Origin: Massilia sp. UYP11
GTDB taxonomy: Bacteria > Pseudomonadota > Gammaproteobacteria > Burkholderiales > Burkholderiaceae_D
DNA length: 15,522 bases
Reading direction: 5' to 3'
Assembly: GCF_050434805.1 (NCBI RefSeq)
Contig: NZ_JBNDJE010000036.1
Location: 1-15,522, forward strand
Position 1 is the first letter of the stretch; every line of letters starts with the position of its first letter. Below are positions 1 to 8,300 of the stretch, piece by piece. Both the position numbers and the translations under genes were made by a program. Below the pieces are notes generated by a model. It was given only the letters and a program-made list of their open reading frames with translations, was not told the DNA's origin and made no database searches.

Positions 1-35
1 ATCTTGAATTCCTCTGTGTACCGCTTACCGCTCAT
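1..35 (-). CDS. IS3-family transposase OrfA, N-terminal 11 codons only (partial, runs off the window)
   Basis: The reverse complement of 1-35 is ATG AGC GGT AAG CGG TAC ACA GAG GAA TTC AAG AT, which translates to MSGKRYTEEFK. It is preceded by the Shine-Dalgarno GGAGAAG (38-44, reverse complement). This N-terminus matches what I recall of IS3-family OrfA proteins (MSGKRYxEEFK...). Only 11 residues are visible. Confidence 0.5.
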   Translation of the reverse strand, partial: MSGKRYTEEFK

Positions 36-99
36 ATCTTCTCCTTGTGCCCGATATTATGGCTCAGGAGTGTCTACGATAGTCGTGGCGATTCAGTCA
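1..99 (-). mobile_element. Left end of an IS3-family insertion sequence; the element continues beyond the window start and the outer boundary near 99 is tentative
   Basis: On the minus strand, the sequence starting at 99 reads 5'-TGACTGAATCGCCACGAC. That is the TG-type terminus typical of IS3-family inverted repeats. It lies about 64 nt upstream of an ATG (33-35) that opens an IS3 OrfA-like reading frame. The other end of the element is outside the window, so the inverted repeat cannot be confirmed. Confidence 0.45.
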
Positions 100-230
100 A
101 TCCTAGCCGAACAAGGCGAAGGTTAGAAGCTCCACATCAGCTATCGTGAGTGCTGTCCGAGGTGAACAGGAAGATTGCCTTGTCGAACCTAGCGTTGCTC
201 TTATTATGAACTGAACGCACATACCTGAAA

Positions 231-247
231 TGTCGCTTCAAGCGACA
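231..247 (-). terminator. Weak hairpin downstream of the repeat-protein gene
   Basis: Perfect 7-bp stem TGTCGCT / AGCGACA with a 3-nt loop. On the minus strand it is followed by TTTCAGG. It lies about 70 nt after the TAA stop at 316-318. The tight loop and short U-run make it marginal. Confidence 0.3.
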
Positions 248-315
248 CTCGTTGACTACTACTCAACGGCGAAGGAATCCGTGCGTCTCTGATAAAATCT
301 AAGCGCTAGGACAAT

Positions 316-627
316 TTACTTGGGAAGTAACTTTACCCGACCGTCTTTTCCCTCTGCGGCCCTTCGTCCGTGCGGTATGGCGACAACTCGGCCATCTCGG
401 CCTTCACGTGAAGTTGCGCCCTTCGGAACGCACACGACGCGTCCATCCCGACCCTCCCGAGAGGTACCGCCATGCTTGATCGCCACAACTCGACCGTCGC
501 TTCCTTCCCTCGATGTGCCACCAGGCGGAACCGCCACCACGCGTCCATCGCGTCCCTCACGAGACGTGTAGCCAGAGGGTACTTTTACTTTTTTATGATC
601 GCTGCCGGTTCGATATCGATCTGCCAT
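316..627 (-). CDS. Small (103 aa) tandem-repeat protein of unknown family: a 16-aa leader followed by five 17-aa repeats
   Basis: ATG at 625-627 lies 5 nt after GGAGAAG (633-639, reverse complement). TAA stop at 316-318. Translation: MADRYRTGSDHKKVKV + (PSGYTSREGRDGRVVAV / PPGGTSREGSDGRVVAI / KHGGTSREGRDGRVVCV / PKGATSREGRDGRVVAI / PHGRRAAEGKDGRVKLL) + PK. The longer ORF-track form (start 723) has no SD and overlaps the upstream small ORF, so I prefer 627. Confidence 0.65.
   Translation of the reverse strand: MADRYRTGSDHKKVKVPSGYTSREGRDGRVVAVPPGGTSREGSDGRVVAIKHGGTSREGRDGRVVCVPKGATSREGRDGRVVAIPHGRRAAEGKDGRVKLLPK
325..579 (-). repeat. Five tandem 51-bp (17-codon) repeat units, the last one degenerate
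   Basis: Read directly from the sequence. The TSREGRDGRVV core is coded four times with different codons. Thr is acg, aca, acc and act. Arg is cgt, agg, cgg and cgt. Gly is gga, gga, ggt and ggc. Confidence 0.85.
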
Positions 628-697
628 AAGGTCTTCTCCTAAAGTGGTATTTAGTCGAAACCTAATGCAATTTCGCAACTCGGCCGCGGCGACGTGA

Positions 698-904
698 CTA
701 GCGAAGAAAAGACGTCGGTGCAAGAACCTCTACCGATAGGCTTGTCCCTAAAATCGCTTGGTACACCGTACGTTCAATTTCAGCCCGATCGTGAGATCTC
801 CAGACGTAGCAAAGAGCTGCATTTCGGGTTAACGAGGCTCCTGTCCTAGTATCGTTCGTTACCAGTCTTCCATCTGACGCTCGTAAGACATAATTCGTGT
901 CCAT
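698..904 (-). CDS. Hypothetical small protein (68 aa)
   Basis: ATG at 902-904 is preceded by AGAGGAGAT (SD AGGAG, short spacing). It is on the same strand as, and downstream of, the AIPR gene. I recognise no motif. Confidence 0.4.
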   Translation of the reverse strand: MDTNYVLRASDGRLVTNDTRTGASLTRNAALCYVWRSHDRAEIERTVYQAILGTSLSVEVLAPTSFLR

Positions 905-1051
905 ATCTCCTCTGCTTAGTTAGGCATTTCCTTTAGTGAGGTCCGCAGACTAAGCCCCTTTCAAACAAAAATCAAGCCAAAGCTCATACGAATAAAAGGA
1001 GCGGGCATTCAACCATATTGCGAGTCCGTGCTAGACACTGAACAACGCGAA

Positions 1052-3118
1052 TCACGCGACTTCAATTCCTTCTGCACGTGCCTTACTTAATATCTCTAAC
1101 AAGACCAAGCTCTGTTTTTCCGTAGGAATCTTCTTCGGAATTTGCGTCGCAATGCTAAGAACGCCTGCCTCTTTGGGGGTCACAAGCTGCTTTCTTGAAA
1201 GTACACTGGATAGATGCGCCCATTGCAACGCAGGAATATTAAGTACCTGCTTCTGAGCATCAATGCCGTTATCAATCTTTTGGGTTCTTTTTGCCGATTG
1301 AGCGTCAACGGCGACCTCATCTGCAGAGATGAGTTCCCCCCAGAACTCAGCTGGCAGGCTCGCTTCAATTTCAGGAATCCGCGTCTGAATTCTTGACCAG
1401 CAAGCGTCCTTTTTGCACCACTCTGATATATTGGATACGCCAGCTGTAGGTTGTGTGATGTCATCGTTCACAACCTTCGAGATTGCGCCCAAGGTACTTT
1501 CCAAAACCTTATTAATCCCTTGATTATTCCAAATGCGCAGAAAGTCCAATGCGCTATCTCGACGCCTGCTAATCTCGCTCAGCACGGCAATCGAGTAAGC
1601 AACAACGTTTGCGCGATAACCCCCGTTATACCAAGGCTGTTCAGAAACTAGTTTCTCGGTTGCGCGGAATATCAACCCCCGCGCAATGGCACGTCTATAG
1701 TAAAACTCATTAAAGTCGTCCGAAGATTTTTCCCATTCCTTGCCAATCCTCTGCGCATACTTCGCAAAATTCTTTTGTGCGCCGAGATTGACCCATTTCG
1801 GATGCTCGTCCCACACGTTCTCGAATTTTGCTAAATCGGTTTTGGTGAACATCTGAAATTTTGGATGTGCCGTCTTAAAACGTTTTTGATCGGCCGCAGT
1901 AAGGTTGTTTTGCGCATCGGCATACTGTCCTCTAGCACGCTCATAAAACCATTTCGTTTCCCGAATTGCGCCTGGCAGCGCTGGGGCCCATATGCGCCTC
2001 GAGTATTCCTCGATTCGTATGTGAAAGGGATGATTCGAGAAGAAGTCGGCAGCATTAACCTTGTTCTGGGTATTGGCATATTCCGAAATCTTGGGCACTA
2101 TAATTTCGCTGTCATTACTGTCGATAACAGACAATTTCATCTGAACAAAAATTTGACCAAGCGCAGCCTTATCCCGGCGGCGTGTATGGAAAAGCGATGC
2201 AGTCGTTTGCCCACCGTTCACAATCTGAAGATCAACAATTCTTTTGATCTGCATCCCCGTATCTGCGCTAATCGTCTCGACACTTTGGGCAGTGGCAGTA
2301 ATACCGTTGTTGTACGCAAAAAACATGCTTGGCTCGTTCAATATCGTACTTCGTATGCCTTGATTAACGGAGCCTCGTGCCTGGAGAAATGTCCTTACAT
2401 TCTGTTCGAGAAGCCGTGCCCCAAATCTTTCGTATAAATCGGAAAGAATTTCTGCTGGCATAACGATCAGGTAAGACTGGTAAGCGTTCAATCCTAAATG
2501 AGCGGGCAAACAAGAAATGCCGGCACCGAACATTTCGATGAAATCTAAATTCAGAGCTTCTTTATGTCCGCGAGAGGTTCGTTGCCGGTAGAGGCGCGAG
2601 ATGTCCCATATATGAAAACTTGTCAAGATGCCTGTCGTTTCGCCGTCGGGCAAATCTTGAACCTTGTCGCTAATCGTCCGCTCGGAAACAAGTATCACAT
2701 TGATTTTGCGAATTAAATCTTTTCGATCAACGATTTGCCTAGCTAGGCCGTATTCTGGTGACGTGACTTCAAGCTCGCTCGCTAGGTTCTTATTCACGCT
2801 AGCTTCAAAGAAATTGGCTACACGTTTAAATGCAGCCTCTAAGTCGGTCTTTGTAAGGGTCTGCAGTTCGTTTCGACAGTCGAAATCCGCTACGAACAGA
2901 TCGAGAGTTCCTTCGTCGTTGAACCAATAGCCGTCTACACGCATTCCACGCTGGGCTCGATAGTGGCAAAACTCAAAACCGTCTACAAATCCAGTTTCAA
3001 TAAACTCCGATGTAACGGCGTCCATGAAAGCTGCAAGTTGGAAAGTGCTCTTTGCTTCAGCATCAATCAATATTTCTCGGCGAAATTCCTCGAAAAATTC
3101 CTCTTTTGAAATCTCCAC
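1052..3118 (-). CDS. AIPR family (abortive-infection phage-resistance type) protein, 688 aa
   Basis: GTG start at 3116-3118 lies 6 nt after a GGAGAGG SD located in the last codons of the upstream gene, whose TAA stop (3119-3121) abuts the GTG. I recognise the following as AIPR-family signatures: the N-terminus EEFFEEFRREILIDAEA...MRVDGYWFNDEGTLDLFVADF, and the central FFAYNNGITATA and IVNGGQTTASL blocks. Confidence 0.85.
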   Translation of the reverse strand: MEISKEEFFEEFRREILIDAEAKSTFQLAAFMDAVTSEFIETGFVDGFEFCHYRAQRGMRVDGYWFNDEGTLDLFVADFDCRNELQTLTKTDLEAAFKRVANFFEASVNKNLASELEVTSPEYGLARQIVDRKDLIRKINVILVSERTISDKVQDLPDGETTGILTSFHIWDISRLYRQRTSRGHKEALNLDFIEMFGAGISCLPAHLGLNAYQSYLIVMPAEILSDLYERFGARLLEQNVRTFLQARGSVNQGIRSTILNEPSMFFAYNNGITATAQSVETISADTGMQIKRIVDLQIVNGGQTTASLFHTRRRDKAALGQIFVQMKLSVIDSNDSEIIVPKISEYANTQNKVNAADFFSNHPFHIRIEEYSRRIWAPALPGAIRETKWFYERARGQYADAQNNLTAADQKRFKTAHPKFQMFTKTDLAKFENVWDEHPKWVNLGAQKNFAKYAQRIGKEWEKSSDDFNEFYYRRAIARGLIFRATEKLVSEQPWYNGGYRANVVAYSIAVLSEISRRRDSALDFLRIWNNQGINKVLESTLGAISKVVNDDITQPTAGVSNISEWCKKDACWSRIQTRIPEIEASLPAEFWGELISADEVAVDAQSAKRTQKIDNGIDAQKQVLNIPALQWAHLSSVLSRKQLVTPKEAGVLSIATQIPKKIPTEKQSLVLLEILSKARAEGIEVA

Positions 3119-4108
3119 TTATGACCTCTCCAAGATCAGCGAATCTGAACACATGTACGCCTTAATAGATTCAAGTTTAATTTCATAAGAAAGCCGGGTG
3201 ATACCTTGGGGTAGGCCAGATCGCACAAGCTTCGGAAAGCCTTCCAACACTTGATAACACTGAGAGTTGCTCACGACAAATCTGGGGGTGTCATATTCAG
3301 GCAGTGGAATGTAGCCAAAGGAAGATAGTTTTTCTGAAAATGCTTCAAGCGCTTTATCGTCTGTTAACTCCAACTCAATTATCCGGATTATGTCGTTCAA
3401 AGAGTTTGCATGATCGGAATCAGGCATGTCGCTGAGTTTATATATCATCAAAAAAAGATTGCTGGACAGTGTCTCAAGCTGATCTTCAGACGAAATCCTT
3501 ACGCTGTTGCGTTCCCTCCCACTAACTGACTTTATCTCAACAGCGGTATCACCAAAAATAAAGTCTTGATGAACACTGTCAATTCCGCACCAAGCGTCCA
3601 ACGCCGCAATTTCTGATAGGCGCCGGGTATAGAGTGAACGCAGGAACTGAAGCTCTGCAAACAAGCCTTGTATCTCTTCAGCCGACAATAGCCTTAGTTT
3701 CCGCCCAGCGAGAAACGCTTTCCAGCGCTTAATATGAACAAGGACGACTGATAGCGCAACGGAGGCATCGGAGACCGGAACAAGACTGGCGATGAGTGTC
3801 TTGCAAAGCCCGAAGAACAAGTCTCGATCTACGTGCTTCTCTAACGTTAGAATAAGACGCTGTTTGAATGGAACCTCACCATTTCGGAGGTCCACGGTAA
3901 TTCCATGCAGAGTTATCACGTCATTACGAAACTGTGTGCTGTGATCCCCATCTAGCTCGATAATTAGAAGGCAGTTACCCTGCACGTTCTTACCCCAAAA
4001 AATAGGAATGGCGGCTGTTCCAGCTACTTTCCGCACATTAAAGTCTGCTTTGGGGCTGCCAATATCGTCCCATGGCGTTTCGCTACTCGTCATAGTCGTC
4101 TTCATCAT
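3119..4108 (-). CDS. PD-(D/E)XK motif protein (DUF4420-like putative nuclease), 329 aa
   Basis: HQDFIFGDTAVEIKSV gives D182-x8-E191-x-K193, a PD-(D/E)XK-type core. The gene's position between the Z1 and AIPR genes matches the recalled cassette layout. The ATGATG start (4103-4108) overlaps the end of the Z1 gene by 26 nt. An alternative ATG ends at 4093. Confidence 0.75.
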   Translation of the reverse strand: MMKTTMTSSETPWDDIGSPKADFNVRKVAGTAAIPIFWGKNVQGNCLLIIELDGDHSTQFRNDVITLHGITVDLRNGEVPFKQRLILTLEKHVDRDLFFGLCKTLIASLVPVSDASVALSVVLVHIKRWKAFLAGRKLRLLSAEEIQGLFAELQFLRSLYTRRLSEIAALDAWCGIDSVHQDFIFGDTAVEIKSVSGRERNSVRISSEDQLETLSSNLFLMIYKLSDMPDSDHANSLNDIIRIIELELTDDKALEAFSEKLSSFGYIPLPEYDTPRFVVSNSQCYQVLEGFPKLVRSGLPQGITRLSYEIKLESIKAYMCSDSLILERS

Positions 4109-6746
4109 CTGGGTCGTCGTTGAGCGATCCAGCCATTTGTTCCAGCCATACCTTATTGGCTACGATCTCAACTTCAGTGCCAAAAAGACCGCCAGGGAAG
4201 CTTACGCCAAACGCTGGAATACGCTGATCAATTGACTCGTTCCCCTTGGGACAGAGAGCGTGCAACATCAGCAATGGTTTGTTCCTAGCAATGCGGAAAT
4301 GATAATCTGCAGGGTTTGCGCTTGTGTTACTCGTATCTTTCGACGCCTCATTTACGGCTTGTGCGAGCTCAGTCTCGCCCAAGCCAAGTGCTTCGTCCCC
4401 TCGACTTGCAACCCTGTAGCCATTTAAACGCCAGCTATCCGTCGTGAAATTCTCAAATTTCCGTTGCTGCGTTCCGAGCCTATAGGTGCTTGCGGCCGAG
4501 GTCGTGTCACCAATCGAAATCAGCAAGACATCACTTAAACCAAATCTGTCAGTAATTGCGGCAAGGTACTGAAGCAACAATGCCTTTTGTAGTTCGAAAC
4601 CCTTGTGAACTTTGAAACGAGTAATAAATTTTTCAATTTCTGACGTGGCGACGTCTTGAATAAACCAACCTTTATCCGTTGCAACAACTTTGCCGCCGAA
4701 GCCTCGCCGCCAAAACTCTTCAATAAGCTCATCATTGAATTGGTTAACTGGCGACTTAGTTGGCAGAAGCGTACTCTCGACAAGCTTCCCAGTAAGATTT
4801 TGTTTTACTATAATTTTTTTGCCACTACGCATTTTATTGGCCGCAGTGATCAGGAGGCTATCCGGATGAGCCTGAACATAAAGACCGAAATCTTTCGGGC
4901 TCATCTTATCCCGGCGCATTCGCGTGATTTGCAGCCTCAGCTCATCGGATGCGTTCGCAATGTATGAATACCAATCAATAGATTCCTGCGGTAAATGCAC
5001 TCGGCAAAGATCTTCAAATCCAAGACGGTACCCAAACCATCGGCCCATTTGCATGAGAGTATCGTACATCTTTGTATTTCGATACATGTAGCTTATGGTG
5101 AGGCCCTCAATCGTTAGGCCTCGGGAAAGGCTGAGCCCGCCAATGGCAACCGCTGTAAGACCGATGCCATCTCTTTCATATTTTTTGTAATCAAGCACCT
5201 CGTCGCTTTTACTGTTTATGACGTATATGCGGAGGTGATCAAATACGCTGTTCAGCGCTTTCTTTACAGTGTGCCATTCAAAGCCGCAGTCTGAGAATTC
5301 CTTATCGAATGCGCTTTTAAGCCCGGTCATGTATTCGTTTTTGTTCGACACCTCCTCGGGCATCATATAGTTAGCCTTGACGGCCTCGCGAATTCTTTTC
5401 TCGCGCAAGCTTACAAAATCCCTAACGACCTTTTGTGTCGCCATAAAACGCGATATGTTAATCAGCATGGAGCAGTGTTTTTTTTCCTGCCCACGCAGAT
5501 TTCGGATCGCCCGCGCTACTATGAATTGATCGAAGGCGGCGTAGAGGCTTGGGGGAAGCTCTAGCAGAGCGTCGTCCTTTTTATGTGAAAAAGGAAGGTA
5601 TTTCTCGCAATCATTTATCGGGCAGAGAATTCTCGCACTTGACTTTTCTTCCAAGAATACTTTTTCAGGCCCGAAGTAAGTGTTTGGCGCGTCAAGCGAG
5701 TAGATGAAATCTCTAGGGAAGAGCTCTTCTCGAACGTCTTCATCGTAGGCTTCAGGGTTAATGAAGATGTTCGCGAATGGGGTGGCGGTGTATCCGACAT
5801 AGCACGACTTTTCGAACAGGCCGAGGATGCGTCGTATCATGGAATTCGTACGTGTCGGACTGACGTCTTCCTTATTCGTATTAATGGAGGCGTTATCAGC
5901 TTCATCGTCGATGAGGAGCATTGGTACGTCTGATATTCGGCCATCACCTTTCGCGTTCAATTCTTTTAACCACTTATGCAGTGCGTCAAGCGTCGTGACA
6001 TTTTTCTTGATTACCAATATTATTGGTTTGCTAAAATCATTAATTTTCCAGCCGCTTTTTGCGGCTGTATTCTTGTTGAAGTCCTCGTTTATGTTGGTAA
6101 GGGTTGCTGGATGCGGAAATTTTCCATATGTCCCTACTCCGATCGGAACCCGGTTTTCAGGGTCGCTAGACCTGCCGATAAAGCCTTCATCGACTCTTTC
6201 TTGCGTTTGCTTTCGGAGGTTATTGTGAATGCCTGCAATTACAATAATGAATTTGTATCCGGCATCAGCAGCCTTCCCAATAACACCCATGTAGTTCGCT
6301 GTCTTACCTGATTGGACGTGGCCGATCACTAGACCTCTACGATTCCAAGATCCATCGCTCGTTGGGTCTTGAAGATGCGAAAGTATCTTCAGGCCAACGT
6401 CGCTCAAAGAGCGGACAAGCGTCGGTTGCCATTTTTCCGAAATAAGATATTTTTCATATGCGTCGGAATACGTCCATTCAATTTCTGTGCGTTTATAGAC
6501 CCACTCGTCGTCATGATTCGCTTCGATATTAACTAGCGACACTCCTGCGCCCATACGTGTGTCTATCGCTACCATTGCTTCTTCGATAGCGCTCCGCAAG
6601 TCGCCTTCATAATCGAATACGACTGCTAATTGCTTTGCTTTGGCCTCGACTTCTTCTTTCGTGGGCGGATCTGACTTTCGGAGAAGCGCAGCGATCAGCG
6701 AACTCACAAAGCCTTTGTCCATCTCCATATGGTTTATCGTATTCAT
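4083..6746 (-). CDS. Z1-domain protein with an SF2 helicase-like P-loop ATPase module, 887 aa
   Basis: Motifs seen: Walker A GHVQSGKTANY, DEAD-like Walker B LLIDDEADNAS, and motif-III-like GYTATPFAN. The C-terminal block GGLSLSRGLTIEGLTISYMYRN...MQMGRWFGYR is one I recognise as the Z1 domain. The protein ends in an acidic tail DDPDDEDDYDE. Its ATG (6744-6746) overlaps the TGA of the upstream gene (ATGA, 6743-6746). Confidence 0.9.
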   Translation of the reverse strand: MNTINHMEMDKGFVSSLIAALLRKSDPPTKEEVEAKAKQLAVVFDYEGDLRSAIEEAMVAIDTRMGAGVSLVNIEANHDDEWVYKRTEIEWTYSDAYEKYLISEKWQPTLVRSLSDVGLKILSHLQDPTSDGSWNRRGLVIGHVQSGKTANYMGVIGKAADAGYKFIIVIAGIHNNLRKQTQERVDEGFIGRSSDPENRVPIGVGTYGKFPHPATLTNINEDFNKNTAAKSGWKINDFSKPIILVIKKNVTTLDALHKWLKELNAKGDGRISDVPMLLIDDEADNASINTNKEDVSPTRTNSMIRRILGLFEKSCYVGYTATPFANIFINPEAYDEDVREELFPRDFIYSLDAPNTYFGPEKVFLEEKSSARILCPINDCEKYLPFSHKKDDALLELPPSLYAAFDQFIVARAIRNLRGQEKKHCSMLINISRFMATQKVVRDFVSLREKRIREAVKANYMMPEEVSNKNEYMTGLKSAFDKEFSDCGFEWHTVKKALNSVFDHLRIYVINSKSDEVLDYKKYERDGIGLTAVAIGGLSLSRGLTIEGLTISYMYRNTKMYDTLMQMGRWFGYRLGFEDLCRVHLPQESIDWYSYIANASDELRLQITRMRRDKMSPKDFGLYVQAHPDSLLITAANKMRSGKKIIVKQNLTGKLVESTLLPTKSPVNQFNDELIEEFWRRGFGGKVVATDKGWFIQDVATSEIEKFITRFKVHKGFELQKALLLQYLAAITDRFGLSDVLLISIGDTTSAASTYRLGTQQRKFENFTTDSWRLNGYRVASRGDEALGLGETELAQAVNEASKDTSNTSANPADYHFRIARNKPLLMLHALCPKGNESIDQRIPAFGVSFPGGLFGTEVEIVANKVWLEQMAGSLNDDPDDEDDYDE

Positions 6747-8221
6747 GCAAAGCTCTCGCGAATGAATTGTTCTGCCAGTTCCATATTGTTCTCGAAAAGT
6801 TTCGTGGATTTCAAAATTTCACGGAATGTTCGCTTGTCCGCTGCGGTACTGCCAGTAATCACTTGCCTTAGAGCTAACAGCCTGTCCATGAATAGATTAT
6901 CGTCAGGTAGGAGCTGCCTTATTTCGCGAGGGTTAGTTGAGTAGTCAGAATAAATCATCTCAATCGGCAAGGCCGTTGCTACCATTTCCATAAGAAGCCT
7001 CAACTGTTGTTTTCCGTCGCTGTCTAGGCGCTCGCCTAGACCCTGTAGAACAGGATGCTCAGAGTTAACTACGTAGCGGACATAGCCGTGGTCCGCGTAG
7101 CGTTCCCAAATCGGTGCAGTATTTTCTTCAAAGAGCTTCTGCCCTCTACCGCGATGTACTCTCGTGCTCCGGGTAGATACTTGGGAAATTATTTGGCGTA
7201 GTCGTTCGCGGACAGGATGGGGAGGGCGTGCACGCGACTTCTTTATATCGATGGTCCATGATTCGTCAAGGCTGTTTGGGAAGTCTATTTGCACCCGAGC
7301 CAGTTTGGTCGACTCTCCCTTAGGTATCAATCTGAACCAATCTCCCCAAGCCATCAGGCGGCCGTTTCGATAGATATAGGCGCCCTGGTTGGAGATAAAA
7401 TCACTTCGGTTTTGATAGAAGTCGTATTCGCGTGTTGATAGCCGGCTGTGGTGGGGAAGAATATATGGCTGCAATTGAACCGCAACTTCTCCGATATAAA
7501 CTACTTCTTGGGGCAAAATTTGAGTTGCAGCGTTATTCCGACAAAATGGGTCGAAAGGCTGTATTGAATGGCCGTTAATGGAAATGGAGATCTTCTTTCG
7601 GCCTTTTAGTTCACCGGATAGATATCGATGAAATACTAGTGAAAGATGCTTTTCTAGTACGTCGAGTTTTTCGTTGACTATTTCGTCACGGCGACCGCCA
7701 ATTTGATCTTCAAGCATGCGATCTAATTCTGCCCAGATTATTACAGTCCCATCCCCCGATAGCATTCTACTTTGAGGAAAATCTGATGTTTCTGTATCGT
7801 CGAGGATGGAAAGAATCCAGTCATCTCGAGCATCGATTTTATCCAAGCTCCACGTGGCGCCGCTGAGGCACGCGTTCTTCGCACTGATTACGGTTAAGGA
7901 ACGGCACTGTGAGAACGAAGCAGTTTTTAGACCGAGACCAAATCTGCCCAAGTCGCGTGGTGATCGTTTCTGTTTCGGATTTGCGGTGCCATGTCGCATT
8001 GCGTCCACGATCTCGTCTTCGTTCATACCCCAACCGTTGTCTACAACCGCGAGTGTTGGCGAAGCTCCTGTAACGTCGCAGACTATGGAAATATCGGTTG
8101 CGTTAGCAGAAATGCTATTGTCGACCAAGTCGGCGACAGCTGTTTCGAGCGAGTACCCTAGGTCTCGCATGGACGCGGAGAGGCAGGCAGCGCTCGGTGG
8201 GAGGTGATGATCGCGAGCCAT
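6743..8221 (-). CDS. GHKL-superfamily ATPase (HATPase_c_3 type, MutL/MORC-like), 492 aa
   Basis: Bergerat-fold motifs in order: N-box DLVDNSISA, G1 box VVDNGWGM and G2 box GRFGLGLKTAS. SD AGGAG (8231-8235, reverse complement) lies 9 nt before the ATG at 8219-8221. I did not see a MutL C-terminal endonuclease motif (DQHAxxExxxxE). Confidence 0.9.
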   Translation of the reverse strand: MARDHHLPPSAACLSASMRDLGYSLETAVADLVDNSISANATDISIVCDVTGASPTLAVVDNGWGMNEDEIVDAMRHGTANPKQKRSPRDLGRFGLGLKTASFSQCRSLTVISAKNACLSGATWSLDKIDARDDWILSILDDTETSDFPQSRMLSGDGTVIIWAELDRMLEDQIGGRRDEIVNEKLDVLEKHLSLVFHRYLSGELKGRKKISISINGHSIQPFDPFCRNNAATQILPQEVVYIGEVAVQLQPYILPHHSRLSTREYDFYQNRSDFISNQGAYIYRNGRLMAWGDWFRLIPKGESTKLARVQIDFPNSLDESWTIDIKKSRARPPHPVRERLRQIISQVSTRSTRVHRGRGQKLFEENTAPIWERYADHGYVRYVVNSEHPVLQGLGERLDSDGKQQLRLLMEMVATALPIEMIYSDYSTNPREIRQLLPDDNLFMDRLLALRQVITGSTAADKRTFREILKSTKLFENNMELAEQFIRESFA

Positions 8222-8294
8222 TTGTTGCCGCTCCTTGTTGACTGTGCACTTCGATGACTGTTTGGGGATTCGGCCCCAATAGTGTTACCAAGCA

Positions 8295-8300
8295 ATTATA
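8295..8300 (-). promoter_or_regulatory. Candidate -10 box (TATAAT on the minus strand) for the four-gene effector operon
   Basis: Plus-strand ATTATA at 8295-8300 is a perfect TATAAT on the coding strand of the operon, 74 nt upstream of the GHKL ATG. The -35 position (TGCCGG) is poor, so this is only a candidate. Confidence 0.25.

Noticed and set aside
320-571. Plus-strand ORF (83 aa, TTRPSRPSREV repeats) antisense to the repeat-protein gene
   Set aside because: Its wobble positions coincide with those of the minus frame, so it also looks conserved. However, the cgN/agg Arg switch that is synonymous on the minus strand gives R-to-L changes here. It starts at a TTG, it is P/S/R/T low-complexity, and the minus frame has a proper ATG plus a GGAGAAG SD.
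325-579. Regular 51-bp repeats considered as a CRISPR-like array
   Set aside because: The units are contiguous with no spacers. They are in frame within a CDS and diverge at codon third positions. No cas genes are present.
605-622. tRNA T-loop-like strings: GGTTCGATATCG here, and CCGAATTCGAGTATCGG on the minus strand at about 12987-13003
   Set aside because: The flanking bases do not form T-arm stems and no acceptor or anticodon arms can be drawn. The second string lies inside a coding region around an EcoRI palindrome.
316-723. Long form (135 aa) of the repeat-protein ORF given in the ORF track
   Set aside because: The upstream 32 codons have no SD and overlap the 3' end of ORF 698-904. 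The internal ATG at 627 has a near-ideal SD.
1865-2437. Antisense or alternative-frame ORFs inside the large genes: 1865..2437, 4656..4967, 5827..6228, 5976..6311, 7806..8207, 9197..9439, 12214..12738, 14543..15064, 14979..15449 and the shorter ones
   Set aside because: They lie wholly inside ORFs that carry strong family motifs or a better coding character. They lack SDs and have skewed, low-complexity compositions typical of shadow ORFs.
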